From NCBI GenBank assembly GCA_964035545.1, contig OZ037773.1:9205751-9269750 (forward strand): DNA of 64,000 nt. Reading direction: 5' to 3'. Below, piece by piece: positions 28,841 through 59,623 of this stretch. How positions within the stretch are numbered: the first letter of the stretch is position 1; each line of letters opens with the position of its first letter. The DNA is from Bugula neritina. Its lineage: Eukaryota > Animalia > Bryozoa. The notes beneath the pieces were generated by a model. The model was not told the DNA's origin, made no database searches, and saw only the letters and a program-made list of their open reading frames with translations. The position numbers and the translations under genes were made by a program.

Positions 28841-29477
28841 CAGACTTCAAAAACATTTTAAAATTTTAAACTACAAAAATGACTATAAGCACTGATTAGC
28901 ATTACACAGCAGGTCCTTTCGATATCAAATGTTATCTATGCATATACTTTTGCCAAGCATTTTAACAGTTGAATAATTTTTGAATAACTTATCAAACTAT
29001 ATTATAGTAACAGTATTCATTGCTTTATAAGCTGTAGAATTTCATTGCGAAATTTGACATATCGTTCAGGATTATAGTTGATGACATATGTGTATCTTAT
29101 TCTATTGATGTTTGCGTGCATGATCAACTTCTCTCAACTGTCATATTTTATGGCTACAGGTGTCAGGTGAAGGAATGGAAGGATTTTTTTAATTATCTAT
29201 GCCAAGTCTTAAAGTAGGCAGGATTTGTATGAAAACAAAGTACCTGCATGGATGTTCATGCTCCACTAAGAAAGTTATATTTTTCCATCTATAATGGATA
29301 ATGGAATGCATACAATTAGGTATCCTACACAACAGATATAAATGAACCTGCTTCATTTAATATACATGTATGAAAAACTTGACAAATTAAAAACCATTAA
29401 AAACCTATGGTATATTTAATTGTTTTATAATTACATCATGCTTAAGTGTATATTATTTGGTCAGCTTTAGTTTTTAA

Positions 29478-29557
29478 AAAGCAGTTTGGGATTGAGCTCA
29501 AAAAGTTTGAAGAGAGTTAAAAGAGGCCCTCTAACTCCAGGCGGTTGATTTCAATAA
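29478..29557 (+). pseudogene. Orphan second exon, duplicate of 20161-20240: SSLGLSSKSLKRVKR-GPLTPGG*FQ*
   Basis: Same lost acceptor and same TGA (29546-29548) as the 20161 copy. Confidence 0.65.
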
Positions 29558-32115
29558 GCTGTTCTAGCAATGACTAAACACTTTCCTTGTATCTTCTTCT
29601 ATATCATGAATTGCAAATCTATAATGTAATACGTTAATCTATAATATGATTACATATGAAAGAAAATGAGAGCAACTGTTTTACTGGTCGCATATTCAAT
29701 TCCGAAAATTGTCTTTCATGTCTACTATATACATATAGTTAAAATGGAAATGTTGAAATAAACCTATATTTTTTCAATATATTGTTTTATTTTTATATTA
29801 TGCATATTATAATGAAAGATTATTATATATACTGGCTTCCTATTGTCAAAATAAAAATATTGAATTTTGAAGCCTAATTTCAAAATGCTATTAAAATACA
29901 TTACTGAATTTGTTAATTCGATTCCATTACCATTATTTACAAAGGTATGTTAAACTGACTTGCAATTAAGTTGAATTATTTGAGTTTGTAAAAATATCTG
30001 GCAGTTTATCAAGTGTGAGATGGTTGGCTCTTGCTGCAAATAAAAAGAACATTAATAATAGCTGAGCAACTGCAAGAATCGTACAAAACTTATAAACTAG
30101 CAATCTATAGCATTCAGGTTGTCTATACTTACTGAAAGTGTCAACTGAATGCCAGCATGTCTATATGGTATGACAACTGGTATAAGCTTTGATTTATGCT
30201 GCGGGTATAATGCGATTTATGATCAATCAATTTATTACATTTTACTTTGGCTTAGTTGCTTTAATATATTATATATATACACAGCTTGACAGTTTGTTCC
30301 AGCTCTAATTTATAACATTTATAGATGAATAATTTCGCCCACCTAACATGATATTATAGATTTCACGTATATATTCCAAGTAGATGGCATATAACAAGAT
30401 ATACCTATATTATTTTTCAATATTTAGGTTTCTCAAATAACCACTTTTTATGCCAACAAATATCTTCCAGTTGAATAGATTTGGTATGCAATAAATGTGC
30501 TCTATATATACAAAGGTGCCCAACTTAGTTACCCAATCATATAATATCCACACTAATTATTGATTCTATAGCTATAGTAGCTTAATGGCTACCTGGTTTA
30601 ATGTTAATTGATGATTCAATATTCAGTGATTAGGTGGTGGAAAGACAGCGTGCTTATTATCCTCAGTTTGTGTCTATATAATCAGCAGTTTCTTTCATAC
30701 TGCAGATGGCAGACAAAATTATGTCCAACGTCATGCAGAGTTTAACAAGGTGAAACAAGGTTTACATGTGGTATGAGGAATAATACAGACGATATAAGGA
30801 TGCATACAAAGTAAACAGAGTATGAATTGTATAGTACAAGGTATGACACAAGTAGTAGTATACAAGGTGATTATATGCAGGTAATGAGGTATGCAGGTAA
30901 TGAGGTATACAGGTAATGAGATATACACGTGGTATACATGCAGGTATGATGAGGTATTATACAGGTGATGAGGTATACACCTGCATGCATGCAGGTGCCA
31001 AAAGTAGTTCAAATGAAGAAGACATGTTTTCTTCTCAGAGTATTACCTGCAGGTCACTTTGAAATTAATTGTTATCTACATATAAACATGCTATTGCCAA
31101 GCATTAAAACTTTTGAATAACTTTTATGCTATTCATCAATAAAAATATATTAATATTGTAATTTATTGCTAAATAGTAGAATGTGTTTTAAATGACTTAT
31201 CATTCAGGGTTGTAATTGATAACATGTGTGTATCATATTCTATTGATGTTTGTATGCATGATCAACTTCTCTCAACTGTCATATTTTATGGCTTATATAG
31301 GTGTCAGGGGATGGAATGGAAGGATTTTTTAATTTTAGTTCAATGCCAAGTCCTGAAGTCTAGGCAGAGTTTGCTTGAAAGCAAAGTACTTGGGTATTCA
31401 TATACTATGTGCAAGTTTGCTGCTTAAGTCGGTCGGCTTAGCAAGCACCAGTCATGGCTTTCATGGAAATTGAACTTGATTCACCACATGATGGAGAATG
31501 GAATGTACACAGGTAAATATCCTATAGGCCTAAATCAGAATTTAATTGTTCTACTTGATCTACACATAAAGCTATAAGGAGGTTATATAATAAGCATCAC
31601 TCGTATATATATGCTGACTGAAAGTTGATCAAAAACTGTTCGTAACTGCACAAACCTACTGCTGGACTTTCAGAATTATGTTCTACTGCATAAAAACCAA
31701 TTCTCCAATGTCCATCTTCGAACTAGTCACAATTAATACTGAGTTGGTATTGAAAAGTAAATATACTGCCAGTTGTGGTATTAATTTTTAGTCTTCTGGC
31801 AAACTTTACTTTGCCAAGCATTGTGACATTTTAATAGCTTTTAACTACATATATCCAATGCGCATAGAAGCATATAACTAACATTACTCATTGCTAACCA
31901 TTATAATGTGATTTGCTTGGCATATAATTAAGAATCCTAATTGATGATATTACTACAATACATATCATACAATATTCTATTTGCATGCATGATCAGTTTC
32001 TTTTCTACAGCCACATTTTATGACTAGGTGTCAGGTGCTGAAGTGGAATTGGAATCTTGAGATTTTTATACAAAATCCTGAAGTAGACTAGAGTCAATTG
32101 AATATAAAGCACCGG

Positions 32116-32258
32116 TCTCCATCATAGATCTAATGACACAACTCCTTGCACAAGTAACGAATATCCAGGCCAGGATATTCGTTACTTGTGCAAGTTTGCT
32201 GCATGCTTTCATGAAGCTTTAAGAAACTGGAGTTGTGTCATTTGATCTATGATGGAGA
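32116..32258. other. Nested inverted repeat (long hairpin)
   Basis: Inner perfect 22-bp stem 32145-32166/32173-32194. Outer 30-bp stem 32116-32145/32229-32258 with one mismatch. Confidence 0.85.
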
Positions 32259-33991
32259 ACAGAATGTATGGAATCAAATAACCTATAGAACAAATTTCTC
32301 TGGGATATAATCACGCCATACTTTCGTTAGGCATGCATGTATATTATAATAGTTCAAATATACATATCAGTTTACTATATTTGGTTAATATATTGGTCTG
32401 GTTATATAGCTATAATATTGTTATGTAAATGTTATTGAGTTGATTATATCAACAGATCAACAGGAATCTTAGAAACATGATGATCTATTAAGATAAAATA
32501 TTATATTTCAAACATGTTTTTATAACATTAAATGAGAACATTTTCAAACTATACGTGAATGGAATCTGCATATATTACAAATATGAATTGCAGTGTATAA
32601 TGCTATAAATGAAAGACAGTGCAAACATCAATTGAACAGTATCATTTGAATAAAATAATAATAATTTAACTTTGCTTTGACTTTGGGAATAAGAAGAAAT
32701 AGCAGTATTCTCAAACAGTATCAATCAAATTATTATTTTTTGACATTGTTAGCTGCATGATGAATGAATGAATTTATATACTCACTTTCATTACAAATTG
32801 CTTTCGTCAAAACTTATTAACATTGAAATGCTAACTACTACTAGTTATAACTGCATGACTGCGTGTATGTTGACAGCATCTTTAGTACAGCTGTTTCAAC
32901 AAAGTACCATATATTCTTTTAACTATAAGTATGCTTGTACAGGGAAAAAGAACTAGATTTAATAATCAATCTCTTTATATGCACTTTAAAACTGTTTAAG
33001 TGTAACTTATATCTGTGTGTTCAACACAGCATGATCTCTCAATTTAACTAAGTGTTTACTCTATACTGAAAGTTCCCAGCTGTAGATGTCATTGCAGTTT
33101 AAAGGGTAATGGCTCAGCACTTGATTTATGCGTTCTTATATAATATCTTAGCTATATCATCTGCAGATTGTTTGAGGATTGCTTGTTTTCTTGAACAGTT
33201 TAATTTTATAAGGGGCTCTGTTTCACACGCTGCTGATGATGAAACATTATAAACTTAAACCAATAGTTATATCATTGTTAAGTGCTAACTGTCACTGCAT
33301 GCTATTCTTAGCTATTGCCGCTCGCAGCCAAAAATTACCCAGGCTGGCTCAACACTTTTGAATTTTTTAAAGTTGCAGTTAAATAAACCTATAAATCATG
33401 AAGAATGAACCAGTGCTTAGTTTGATATATTCAGATATATATCAACTTATTTAAAAATTTACCCTGTCAGTAGTTGACATTTTGGGGTTGATATTGATTT
33501 ATGGAACTACATAAATATTAACATATTATTGGCAGTGCTTTTAACTTAACCTGCATTGGTTATATTTTAAAACTTGCTGAGCTGTTTACACATTCTTTGA
33601 TTTGTAGTCTGAGAATTATATATAAACTGCTGATGCCGTATGTTTTATTAATAAAACATACCCATTATTAATAAAACATTGTTTCACGGCTATCTCTTAG
33701 TACACAGATATTCCAGCCAAATAAGCGTTTCAAACCTATAAATCAAATGATTTTAAATCCTGCTTAATTTTATTTCCTTCATCCAAACTGAAAACTTTTA
33801 TTTTAATATAGCTTCAATTTGCAAAACAATTGAAAAAAAGTTACACCATAAATCATTATATACTTCATTTGACTAAATTTATAAAATTTAAAACCTCAAA
33901 CACACTATAACTCAGAATAAATTTCACAGGCTTAAAGGTCATTGCAGCTGTAACAATATAAGAAACTGCTTTACGTCAAAGTATGTGGAAC

Positions 33992-35921
<1,930 letters not shown>

Positions 35922-38123
35922 TATTGCAAACTTGAGTCTGTAAAATGTATAATTACAGCAAGTAAATGCATTTCAAAGTATGCTCATTGTGAACTTAAAG
36001 GTCAAACATATAGAACAAAACTTTCATTAACTTTAAACTATAGTTTATGATTTTTCATCAGCTAAAACTTATAAAGGCTTCAGTAAATTTTGGTATTATA
36101 AAAGCATTTGATATCAAAATTAGAAATTATCAAATGTTTGATCACTAAATTTTAGTTGCATGGAAACAGCATGTTGTTGCATGAGAACACCATTGGCATT
36201 TCAAATAGCAAAGTGACTAACTTTATAGTCATGAAATAGCAAACAACAACAAATAAACCAGTATACAATTCAAACAAAAAGTATGCATATACTAAACATT
36301 TGCAATGTAAACTATAATTCAAATTTCTATCAGTAACTTTTTTACAATTTTAAAGTATTGCTGAAGTTTTTCTCAATAGTTTAAACAGAAATATGATAAT
36401 GTACCTTGAAGAGAATCTTACAGAAGAAGGAATCAAGAAGAATTTAGTTATGTCAGACTATGTATCGTTCATCTTTAGTTAATGACTTAATTCACCAATT
36501 ATATCGCAGTGGAAATGAACCAATCAACTGTGAGTCATGTTTTGCAGGCCTACTTTAAAGTAGGCGTGGCTTAGCAGCTGGATTGAGGAAAGCCTGTGTT
36601 CTATATTAGCAATATATTATGTCCTTATGGAAATTTTAAACCGCACCCCAAACCAACTTCATTTAGAAAATTAAAGAATTTAAACAATTAAATTAATGCA
36701 CAACCTTTTGCAGAAGCAAATAGCCAAACAATTAATGGCACATGTCCTGATAGAAAACAGTTTATCAATATTATGTAGCAAACATATAGATCACCCCAAG
36801 CAAAAAAAGCAATAAAAGATTCACAGGAGAAACTAAAAACTAAAAGTAATACTTTTAGACTATTGGAATGCCAAATGGGGCACTGCACACCCTTCTCAAT
36901 AGCCTGTAAAACATGATCAGTTTTAAAAACTTATAAATAAAATTTCCATGGTGAAGTTATATAATTAATTATAGTATTTATAAAACATTATAGCTACATA
37001 TATGAAGCAAGGCTTATAGCTCCATAAAATGCCAATAACTTAGATATAGAGATCATTATATGTTAATTACTGTGATATTAATTGTAAATATTTGTGATAT
37101 TACGGCATGGTAATAGAGGAATACCATATACTACATTAAATATAATGCAATATAATATACAACACGTATAATTAACATAACACAATGCAAAATGTGACAT
37201 ATTATGCTACAAGGTGTATAAATCATAATATAATACAATATTTTGTGAAAATTGCATAATATTTTTTTCTCATTACCTTTATTAAAGAAACAGTTGAAAG
37301 AAAATATGATATGTTTGCAATAAGAGCACTCAATAGTCTCATTTAATAATAAATTTTGCTGCTTTTAGTAAATGACTTTATATACTGCAGAAATTAATTA
37401 TTCATGTGTTAATATCTATTCAGTATAACTATATAATGCTTGCAGTAGCAATTGTTTTAATTGAACCAATTAGTATAAAAACTGGTATGGCTATGATATT
37501 AAATTTCTAGAAATATATATATACTGTGACCATAATCTTCAGTGTGGTCCATGGATTTTTTAATTTAATATTCTTTAAATATACAAAATTTCAACTTAAA
37601 GCTTCAGTCAATATTATTTAATTTTAGTCTTTTAAATTTGTCTTTGTCATGAGACACTTAAAACATAAATATGACACTTCACAGCAATATTGCTGCCAGT
37701 AAAGAAGTGGATGAATGCTCAAAACTTTTGCAAAACTTTCCTGTATACCTTGTGGTTGGTTCGTTTAAAGATGTTATTATTATTAGATTATATAGCTGAA
37801 GCTTATATAAGATCTTTTTAGTATTTTTGATTTTTTTAAAGAAAGTTTCAATTGTCATTAACTTAGTGAGAATCAACATTAGTTTTCTTAAATCCTTACA
37901 AACAAGCAGTTTTACGAAGTTTAGCAAGGTTTGTGCAATTTGACTGGAGATTGTTCTAAGAGATGGTTTTTCTTCATATTGATTTGTTTTCGGTATATTT
38001 TTTTTTGAAGGAAAACAATTCATTATTTTTAAAAACATTTTTGCGTTTAATTTGATCTTAATTAATATCTAAAACCTCTTTAGTTTTGAGATCAAAACTT
38101 TATTTTATAATGTTTTTCAGAAA

Positions 38124-44618
<6,495 letters not shown>

Positions 44619-44779
44619 CACTATATTTATATTCTTTAGAATATATAGGGTATTACTATTTGTAGTTAATACCTATAGTTTTATGCTACATGTTCTTAAG
44701 GAGTGTTTTTGTATCTGCAAGTTGATGTATTTAAACACATGTAGGTGTTGTTTCACATTGAACCTGTTATTTCTAGACA

Positions 44780-45000
44780 TTGCATTGTGTGCTGCATTGT
44801 ATTGTATTGTATTGTATTGTATTGTATTGTATTGTATTGTATTGTATTGTATTGTATTGCATTGCATTGCATTGCAATATATTACATTGTCCTGTATTGT
44901 GTGCGGCATTACATTATAATTATTGTAGTACATTGCATTGTGTGCTGCATTGCATTATAATTATTGTATTACATTGCATTATATTGCATTGCATTGTGCT
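44780..45000. repeat. (ATTGT/ATTGC)n pentamer repeat downstream of gene A
   Basis: Direct inspection. Confidence 0.9.
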
Positions 45001-46838
45001 GTGTGTTGTTTGTGCTGTGGGTGTATCATGTGTTTTGGCTTCTGATAAAATTAATTAATAGCGATTTGTAAGTTTATAATTATTATGAAATTGTTGTATT
45101 GTTTAATAGATGCATAATGTAATATGATACAATATAACATTATGGTAATTATGTTGTAGGTATTTTATTATGATATTATAATTCTTTTTTATGTTGCCCT
45201 CTTTCAGTATGAATTACTGTTGCAATAGATTACTTAGATGGCTTCTTTTGCTGTTTGCTCTCCAACAAGTATAACTTGGTTGAATCCCAAGATTCTCTGC
45301 GCTGCAGCTAGTCTTTGCCTTCAACTTTGATAAATTAAGCAAAAAGCAATCTAAATGTATGTGCAAAGATATCACATTACTATCATCCTACCAGCTAATG
45401 CTTGATGTCACATTATAACTATAATGTAATTATAGCTACCAGCTAATGCCATCAGTCTTGTCTGAAAGATTATATTTGACTCCATATGATATTGCGTAAC
45501 AAAAGTGGTACAAATGGAGTATAAGTCTCAAGTATGCTTTTAATTGACTAACTTTCTAAAACAACGTCAATATATCATAATAGCTCAGAATGTTATGCAG
45601 GATACAATAAGCAACTTGACACTATGTTATTCCAGGATGATCAAAGATTGAAAGTTTTATAGATATCACAGTTGGTGCATGCCAGCATATATGGCCACAG
45701 TTATTATAGGGGTAATACATCAATCATTTCTTTTAGAATAAGTTGTATGGTGGCAATCAGTGATTTAGACTCTGCTAAAGTTGCCAAATTAAATATGTAG
45801 AATTTGGACGGGGTCCTATCAAAATACCTATAATGATAAACTTGTTATATGATCTATAAAATTTAATTCATTAAATACTTCATTTTACCAGGCACTACTT
45901 TGTAAAATGAATATTAATAATATTTTTGGGTCGCAGGTTAAATTATTAATAAAATAAATTGCATAATATTTTTGTTCTCATTACCTTCATTAAAGAAATT
46001 TTTGAAAACAGTTGGGAGAGAATAATAATATGTTTGCAATAAAAGCACTCAATAGTCTTATTTGTTAATAAACGCTGCTTTCAGTAAATGAATATAATAT
46101 AGAAATTAATTATCGATATATGTTAATATTTATTCAGTATAACTAGTATACTGACAGTGAAAATTGCTGTAAATAATGCCGTTGGTATAAGGCTTGGTAT
46201 GAGTATAATATTAAATTTCTAAAAATAAATATGTGCTGTAACTATAATAATGTTTTCTGTAACCCATGAATTTTTATTAAATATTCATTCAATAAACAAA
46301 AATTCAATTCAAATCTTAAGTCAATACTATTTATTTTTAGTCCTTGAAATTTTCTTTTGTTGTGAGACACACAAAATATAAATATGACACTTTATAGCAT
46401 TATTTCTGCAGATGAAGAAGTGGGTAAATCGTTAAGACTTCTGCAAAAAGCTTTTCTATATACTTGCAGTTGGTTCATTTAAAAACGCTATTAGTATTAG
46501 ATTTTTTATTTATAAGCTTATATGTCTTTTTAATATACCTTTAATTTTTAAAGAAAATTTCAATTTTCATTAACTTATTGAGAATGAATTTGAGTTTTCT
46601 CAAGTCCTTGCAAAAAATCAGCAGTTCTGCAAATTTAGTACATCTTGTGTCATTTAATAAGAAATTATTATATTATTTTTGCAATATCAATTTAATTTCA
46701 GTATAATTTTTAAGAAGTGAGTTATATTTTAATACACAAAACATGTGAGATTTGTGGTTTTATTGTCTAGTATGAACTGTGTCTAGCTAAAAGTTTAACT
46801 CTGAAATCAGAATCTTACTTTTTAATGTTTTACAGAAA

Positions 46839-54394
<7,556 letters not shown>

Positions 54395-54566
54395 CACTAT
54401 ATAAGTTATATTCTTTCGAATACCCATAGGGTATTATTAGTTGTTATAGTTAATATATAGTTTTATGCTACATGTTCTTGAGCAATGTTTTTGTATCTGC
54501 AAGTTGATTTATTATAGTTGTTGTTTCACATCAGACTCATTTTTTGTGGACATTGTGTTTTGTGCT

Positions 54567-55700
54567 GTATTGCATTTTATTTTATTGTCTTGCAATGTAT
54601 TGCAGTGTATTGCAGTGTATTGCAGTGTATTGCAGTGTATTGCAGTGTATTGCATTTTATTTTATTGTCTTGTATTGTATTGCAATGTATTGCAGTGTAT
54701 TGCAGTGTATTGCAATGTATTGCAATGTATTGCAGTGTATTGTATTGTATTGCAATGTATTGCAGTGTATTGCAGTGTATTGCAGTGTATTGCAGTGTAT
54801 TGTATTGTATTGCAATGTATTGCAGTGTATTGCAGTGTATTGCAGTGTATTGCAGTGTATTGCAATGTATTGCAGTGTATTGCAGTGTATTGCAGTGTAT
54901 TGCAATGTATTGCAGTGTATTGCAGTGTATTGCAGTGTATTGCAGTGCGTTGCAGTGTATTGCATTGTATTGCAGTGTATTGCAGTGTATTGCAGTGTAT
55001 TGCAGTGTATTGCAGTGTATTGCAGTGTATATTACAGTGTATTGCAGTGTATTGCAGTGTATTGCAGTGTATTGCAGTGCGTTGCAGTGTATTGCATTGT
55101 ATTGCAGTGTATTGCAGTGTATTGCAGTGTATTGCAGTGTATTGCAGTGTATATTACAGTGTATTGCAGTGTATTGCAGTGTATTGCATTTTATTTTATT
55201 GTCTTGCAATGTATTGCAGTGTATTGCAGTGTATTGCAGTGTATTGCAGTGTATTGCAGTGTATTGCATTTTATTTTATTGTCTTGTATTGTATTGCAAT
55301 GTATTGCAGTGTATTGCAGTGTATTGCAATGTATTGCAATGTATTGCAGTGTATTGTATTGTATTGCAATGTATTGCAGTGTATTGCAGTGTATTGCAGT
55401 GTATTGCAGTGTATTGTATTGTATTGCAATGTATTGCAGTGTATTGCAGTGTATTGCAGTGTATTGCAATGTATTGCAGTGTATTGCAGTGTATTGCAGT
55501 GTATTGCAATGTATTGCAGTGTATTGCAGTGTATTGCAGTGTATTGCAGTGCGTTGCAGTGTATTGCATTGTATTGCAGTGTATTGCAGTGTATTGCAGT
55601 GTATTGCAGTGTATTGCAGTGTATTGCAGTGTATATTACAGTGTATTGCAGTGTATTGTATTGCATTACAGTGTATTGCAGTGTATTGTATTGTGTGCTG
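54567..55700. repeat. (GTATTGCAGT)n 10-bp satellite with a 614-bp higher-order duplication, downstream of gene B
   Basis: Variant block tgcattttattttattgtct at 54571/55185 and 54651/55265, offset 614. Confidence 0.95.
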
Positions 55701-56407
55701 CCTTGCATTAACTCCTATTGTTGTGTGTGTGTTGTTTGTGAATGCATGTGTATGTGTTTTGACTTCTGATAAAGGTTATCAACATCGTAAAATTTATAAT
55801 TTTATTACTACAAAATATTAATATGCAATTGTTGTACTGTTTAAAAACATGCATGATGTATTATGATACAATATCACATTATGAGGATAAATTATATTTT
55901 TAATGCAAATTTATAATTTATTTTATGTTGCCATCTCTCAGTCTGAAATATTGGCTACAATAGAATACTTAGATGGCTTTTTTGTTATCCGTCAAGTATA
56001 ACTTGATTGACCTTCAACTTTGATAACTTAAGGCTTAAGCAAAAAGCAATCTAAATGTATGTGCAACGATATCACATTACTATCACCTATAGCTACCGGC
56101 ATATACCGTCACATAGCTTATATAATGTAAGTATATAGCTACCAGCTATAATGCCATCAGTCTTATCTGAAAGATTTTATTCAGCTCTGCGATATTGCAT
56201 AGCAAAAGTGGTACATTGAGTATTATAAGTCTCAAGTCTATGCCTTCAGCTAAAAAACTTTCTAAAACGACTAATATATCGTAATATAGCTCAGAATGTC
56301 ATCATGGCTACCATAAGCAACAAGCCTCTATGTTATTCCAGGATCATCAAATATTGAATTCATGTTTTATAGATATCAAAGTCAGTGTAGACCAGAATAT
56401 GTATATG

Positions 56408-56969
56408 GCTATTTGATGCCCTTTGTAAACGTCATGAATTAGTGAAGTGGACAGCATAAAAAAATGATAATTGAGAAGGCCAAGGCTATATAATTATTAC
56501 CATATAAGTACGCTGTCTAATCCCCAAAGTAATAACTAAATAACGATGTTTACAAGGAGTTATTACTCCTATTCTGAAAACAGCCTATTAAGTTATCATG
56601 CACAGCACAAAAATCTTTACGAGTGGCTTTTACAATGCAATGCAACTCGGAGAAATTGCAACCCGGCCAAATTGAAATTTTGACCAAAAATCGCGAAGGT
56701 ATAAAGGCAACTTAATTGGTTGAAATTTCTCCGAGTTGCATTGCATTGTAAAAGCCACTCGTAAAAATGTTTGTACTGTAATAACTTAATCAGCCAATTT
56801 CAGAATATGAGTAATAACTCTTTGTAAACATCGTTATTTAGTTATTACTTTGGCAATTAGACAACGTATACTTATACGGTTATAATTATATAGCCCACGC
56901 CTTCTCAATTATCGTTTTTATGCTGTCCACTTCACTAATTCACAACGTTTACAAAGGGCATCAAATAGC
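56408..56969. mobile_element. Fold-back / palindromic MITE
   Basis: Imperfect ~255-bp inverted arms (gctatttgatgccctttgtaaacg ... cgtttacaaagggcatcaaatagc) around a ~55-bp spacer. Absent from the paralogous flank at ~45635. Confidence 0.8.
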
Positions 56970-58756
56970 TATTATGTGAGTCAAATTTCAATTTCAGAAA
57001 GTGAGCAACCGCATCAATATGATTTCAACGAGTTTCAGCTTGACTATAAAGGGGTACCCGGACAAGCATTATTAACTTAAACTCGGTAGGCCTACTTTTT
57101 TCAGCAGAGGTATAAACGCAACTTAAATAATAATTTACTCTCCTTAATATTTGTTCTGTGTCAGAACTACAAATATAAGCTAATTGAATGAGTTGAGCAC
57201 AAGCAGCTGTTTTAAATTGACAGCATTCATTATTAATGTAGGTTAAAAAGAAAATAAATGTTACTAGTTGATGCATGCTTTGTTTAACTAAAATATTAAT
57301 TAAATGTATTTGTAAAATACCTTTTGCTGCAACTATAATATAGAACGAAAAACGACATTCTACATTATAGAATTATTGTATACATAAGTGAGAAATGGGA
57401 CTGGTCATAATATTATGATAGTTCTCACTAAACTAACATTCCTCTAATATTGCTATCTATTATGGTATAAAGTGATTTTTATAAAATAGGATATCTCCAG
57501 GTATAAGATAACATCCATTTATCATCCAATTGATATATAACAAAGTAGAATAATTAGTATAATATTATAGACAGTTTCTCGTCAATCGAAATGTCATTTT
57601 GGTTTTATATATATGAGCTTTAACAAATACACATTTACATGTAAGCTATCAAATTACCATCACTCCAGCTATATAGCTGTCAGCTAATCTTCATCGCATA
57701 GCTCTGATTCTATAGTTACCATGGCTATAATGCTTAAGATGTTTTGTATAAAAGATATTTGACTCCATGATATTATGTAACATATTCACTTTGACTGGCG
57801 CCTAAATAAATCTTTCACTTGACCAACTTTTTAAACTGACTACATAATATGTTATAATAACTTTGAGTTTGGGTGCCTCTAAGAAACATGAGGAGTGCAA
57901 TACTATATGTAAAGTTTTTCTAGGATCATCAAGGGTTGAAAGTTCAATAAATTATATAGTTATCAAAGTTTATAATGTATGCCAGCATATATTAAGCTAT
58001 CAACCTAATATACTATTATAAGGGTTATAATACATCAATCATTTCTACTATAGGATTCAGTTATATGATGGCTGCACTGGGTGATTAATGACACATAAAA
58101 AGACCAGCTATACGAGCCATGTATTTAGTTCAGACTGTAGAGTATAGAGTAACCAAGCAGAAGGATTGAGGAATTTATGTCAAATTAGGTGTTGTTTGCT
58201 TTCTGATATAAGCATTGTGTACCATGCATATTCTTTGAAGTTGTTGGGGAACAGCTTTTCAATTGTTTCTATTTACCCCATTGATGTTACAGTGTAAATT
58301 TTAACAAATATATATAATTAACAATTGAAGCACAAACATATAACAGTCGGTTTCTCTAATATATTTTTTGATAAATACTTGTAGATAAGGTTTTGTTTTT
58401 CTGGCAGAACACCTAATCAATGCAAACACAAAAAGTGTAAATAAAGTATGAGATTTACTTCTTATGATATAATCTCAATATTGTAATATATGTAACTATT
58501 ATATACAAGTAAAGATATTATACTGATAGACTTGCAAAACGCAGCAAATTAGGATATTTCATTTAACTTGCAATTATATGGATATATAATAGGCATCAAA
58601 ATGAACTGGTAGCAAAATATTCATTAAAGAAGTATCATAATATAGATGAAACTAACTTGAGTTAAATATTTATTTCAGAAAATTTTATCAAATATTATTT
58701 AAGTAAGATAAGAGTAATATATATGAGAAAGATGAGCTTAGTCAGCTTTGGACATG

Positions 58757-59623
58757 TTAACCATCAGTGCAGTTTGGAGGGCAATTACCGCGTCTTCCAC
58801 CACCTCCACCACGTTGCCTGAGAGATCTCTTTTGAATGAGGAGATCTTTTAACTTAAATCTGTTTGTCTGGGATTCAGCCACTAAAATATATATATTTGA
58901 TCTACACTGCAGTAATGCATGGTTAACGTTTTAACAATAATTAGGGATGGATAATAGAATTAATTTCTGCCTTTTGAATTATCAATCTTATAGTTATTTA
59001 AAATTCAACTTCAAAATGATACTTTTTAATGATTATATTGGTGTAAGTGACCATTTTTGAGTTTAATATAACTTTATTTATTTATCTTTATGAACCTAAA
59101 AGCCGAAGTTATATTTCTTTTACTCATTAAAACTATACTATAAGTACCACGAAAGCAATTTAATTCTAAAAATAAAAAAACTTGAACTGAATATAACTGT
59201 ATGCTAGCTGTATGCATTTTAAAATAACAAAAATAAGCCTATATATGAAGAAACTACAAAATATTTGGCCAAGGAGACAAAATAAAACAGGTATATATAC
59301 AGAAAAAAAATATATACAATCAGTCTTAAGTAGTTTTATCTAATAATTATATTAACATTATAAGAACATGGCTCTTAAATTAGTGCTGTTGGAAACAAAC
59401 CGAATAAAGCCAGTTTGATTTAAATGTCTATGTATACTAACATAATTATATGATGATTGTTTATAGACAGTTTTAACATGAATGTTATTTAAATGTTAAC
59501 ATGCAATTCACAGGCTTACACTCACATAATTAGTAAACATGCAATACACCTCAGCTAGAACTACACACCTGTGAGACAGAGAACCAAGAGAATAACCAGC
59601 AGGAAGTGAGTGAGAAACTTCAT
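58757..59623 (-). CDS. Prepropeptide P8, complement(join(58757..58881,59569..59623)): MKFLTHFLLVILLVLCLTVAESQTNRFKLKDLLIQKR-SLRQRGGGGGRRGNCPPNCTDG
   Basis: MKFL signal exon, GT donor, ttttAG acceptor, phase 1. KR-SL junction shared with P7. Two Cys and a C-terminal Gly. Confidence 0.8.

Noticed and set aside
31224-31427. 67-aa ORF in the four-copy dispersed unit
   Set aside because: Frame and stops are not conserved among copies, and there is no signal peptide or recognisable motif.
54465-55821. ORFs of 230-434 aa (VLQCIAVYCS repeats)
   Set aside because: Translation of a stop-free 10-bp satellite, open in most frames on both strands.
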